Source: Neodothiora populina
Taxonomy: Eukaryota
Direction of reading: 5' to 3'
Length of the DNA: 64,000 nucleotides
NCBI RefSeq assembly: GCF_041146345.1
Contig: NW_027191405.1
Coordinates: 806,001-870,000, forward strand
A program made the translations under genes and the position numbers. Each line of letters starts with the position of its first letter. The first letter of the stretch is position 1. Below are positions 63,223 through 64,000 of the stretch, in pieces. The notes under the pieces are model-generated. The model searched no databases, was not told where the DNA came from, and saw only the letters and a program-made list of their open reading frames with translations.

Positions 63223-64000
63223 GCTCTTGATCCTCCTTTTTTAAGCGGATGATCTTACTGGGACCCGGTATTGAATATGCTCGTAATAATAGCAACAGCG
63301 CACTCGTATGAGATTCTCCAGCGGCATCCCGCTGTTCCGATAACGACATAGCATAGGAGACGTAAGATTTATGCGATATCAGACGTGTGAACAGCTTTGC
63401 ACAGTGTGTCGAAAGAGCAAGATACAAGCCAGATGCATTGCACGAGATATAAGGCTCACAGCTTCTAAATCACTAGACACCCGCACAATTCACAAAAGTG
63501 ATATCCGTAGATGAGGTCGCACGTAGAACATGATGCCGCTGCAGCAGCCGTACATTGCTCTCTCTCATGTCGCTCGCCGCAGTGCAATATCTCTTCGATA
63601 TCTCAAGAACGAGGCGTTTCACCTTCGCCTCTATTCCCAAACAAACCTTATGATACCACAACTACAGGCCCAGCACAGCGAACTCCTAGGACGGGACCAC
63701 ATGCTCGTGCAACCAACAAGAAGTCAAACAAGAGGAGACAGTACCGGAAATGCATGCCCACGGCCGCTCGTGTGACTCGGGAAACAAAAGGATCGGCACC
63801 CTGAGAGGACTTTCGCCATCACACAAGTGCATCTCGGAAAGGTGCGTTTCCGCAGAGTGTCGTCCCATTGCCTTAGACCGGTAAATGCAGGCAAGCAAGG
63901 GGCTTCGTCACCACAGCTTTGCCCCGCAATAGTTCGTCACACTCTGCCTGCGAGAATGTCACTGTTATCAACGATCTGTCCTACCAGGGTGTCCTCCTGA

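Overview
Gene-dense, intron-containing filamentous ascomycete DNA. It looks Pezizomycotina, possibly Eurotiomycetes/Chaetothyriales, but that placement is an impression and was not tested. I built about 22 gene models by hand from GT..CTRAY..AG splice signals. In order they encode: a CNBP/Gis2 zinc-knuckle protein (3' part), an arylsulfotransferase-like protein ending in KDEL, a Zn2Cys6 transcription factor, an AT-hook protein, Set2, GABA transaminase, Es2, Pop8, an expansin-like protein, Far11/HAM-2, Hda1/Clr3, a cupredoxin-like membrane protein, Rce1, a Ser-rich membrane protein, glycogen branching enzyme, ClpX, Rcf2, Rrp36, an MFS transporter with a broken 5' end, a BTB protein, a fungal TF-like protein and a decayed A-T-R NRPS-like pseudogene. 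Four observations stand out. (1) More than 40 intergenic TAC-N-GTA words, often stacked in tandem, match Tc1/mariner excision footprints. (2) The sulfotransferase-like enzyme carries an ER-retention signal. (3) The otherwise intact MFS gene has a single in-frame UGA overlapping an out-of-frame AUG. (4) The right end looks like a decaying secondary-metabolism locus. I recognised no tRNA, rRNA, CRISPR array or intact transposon.
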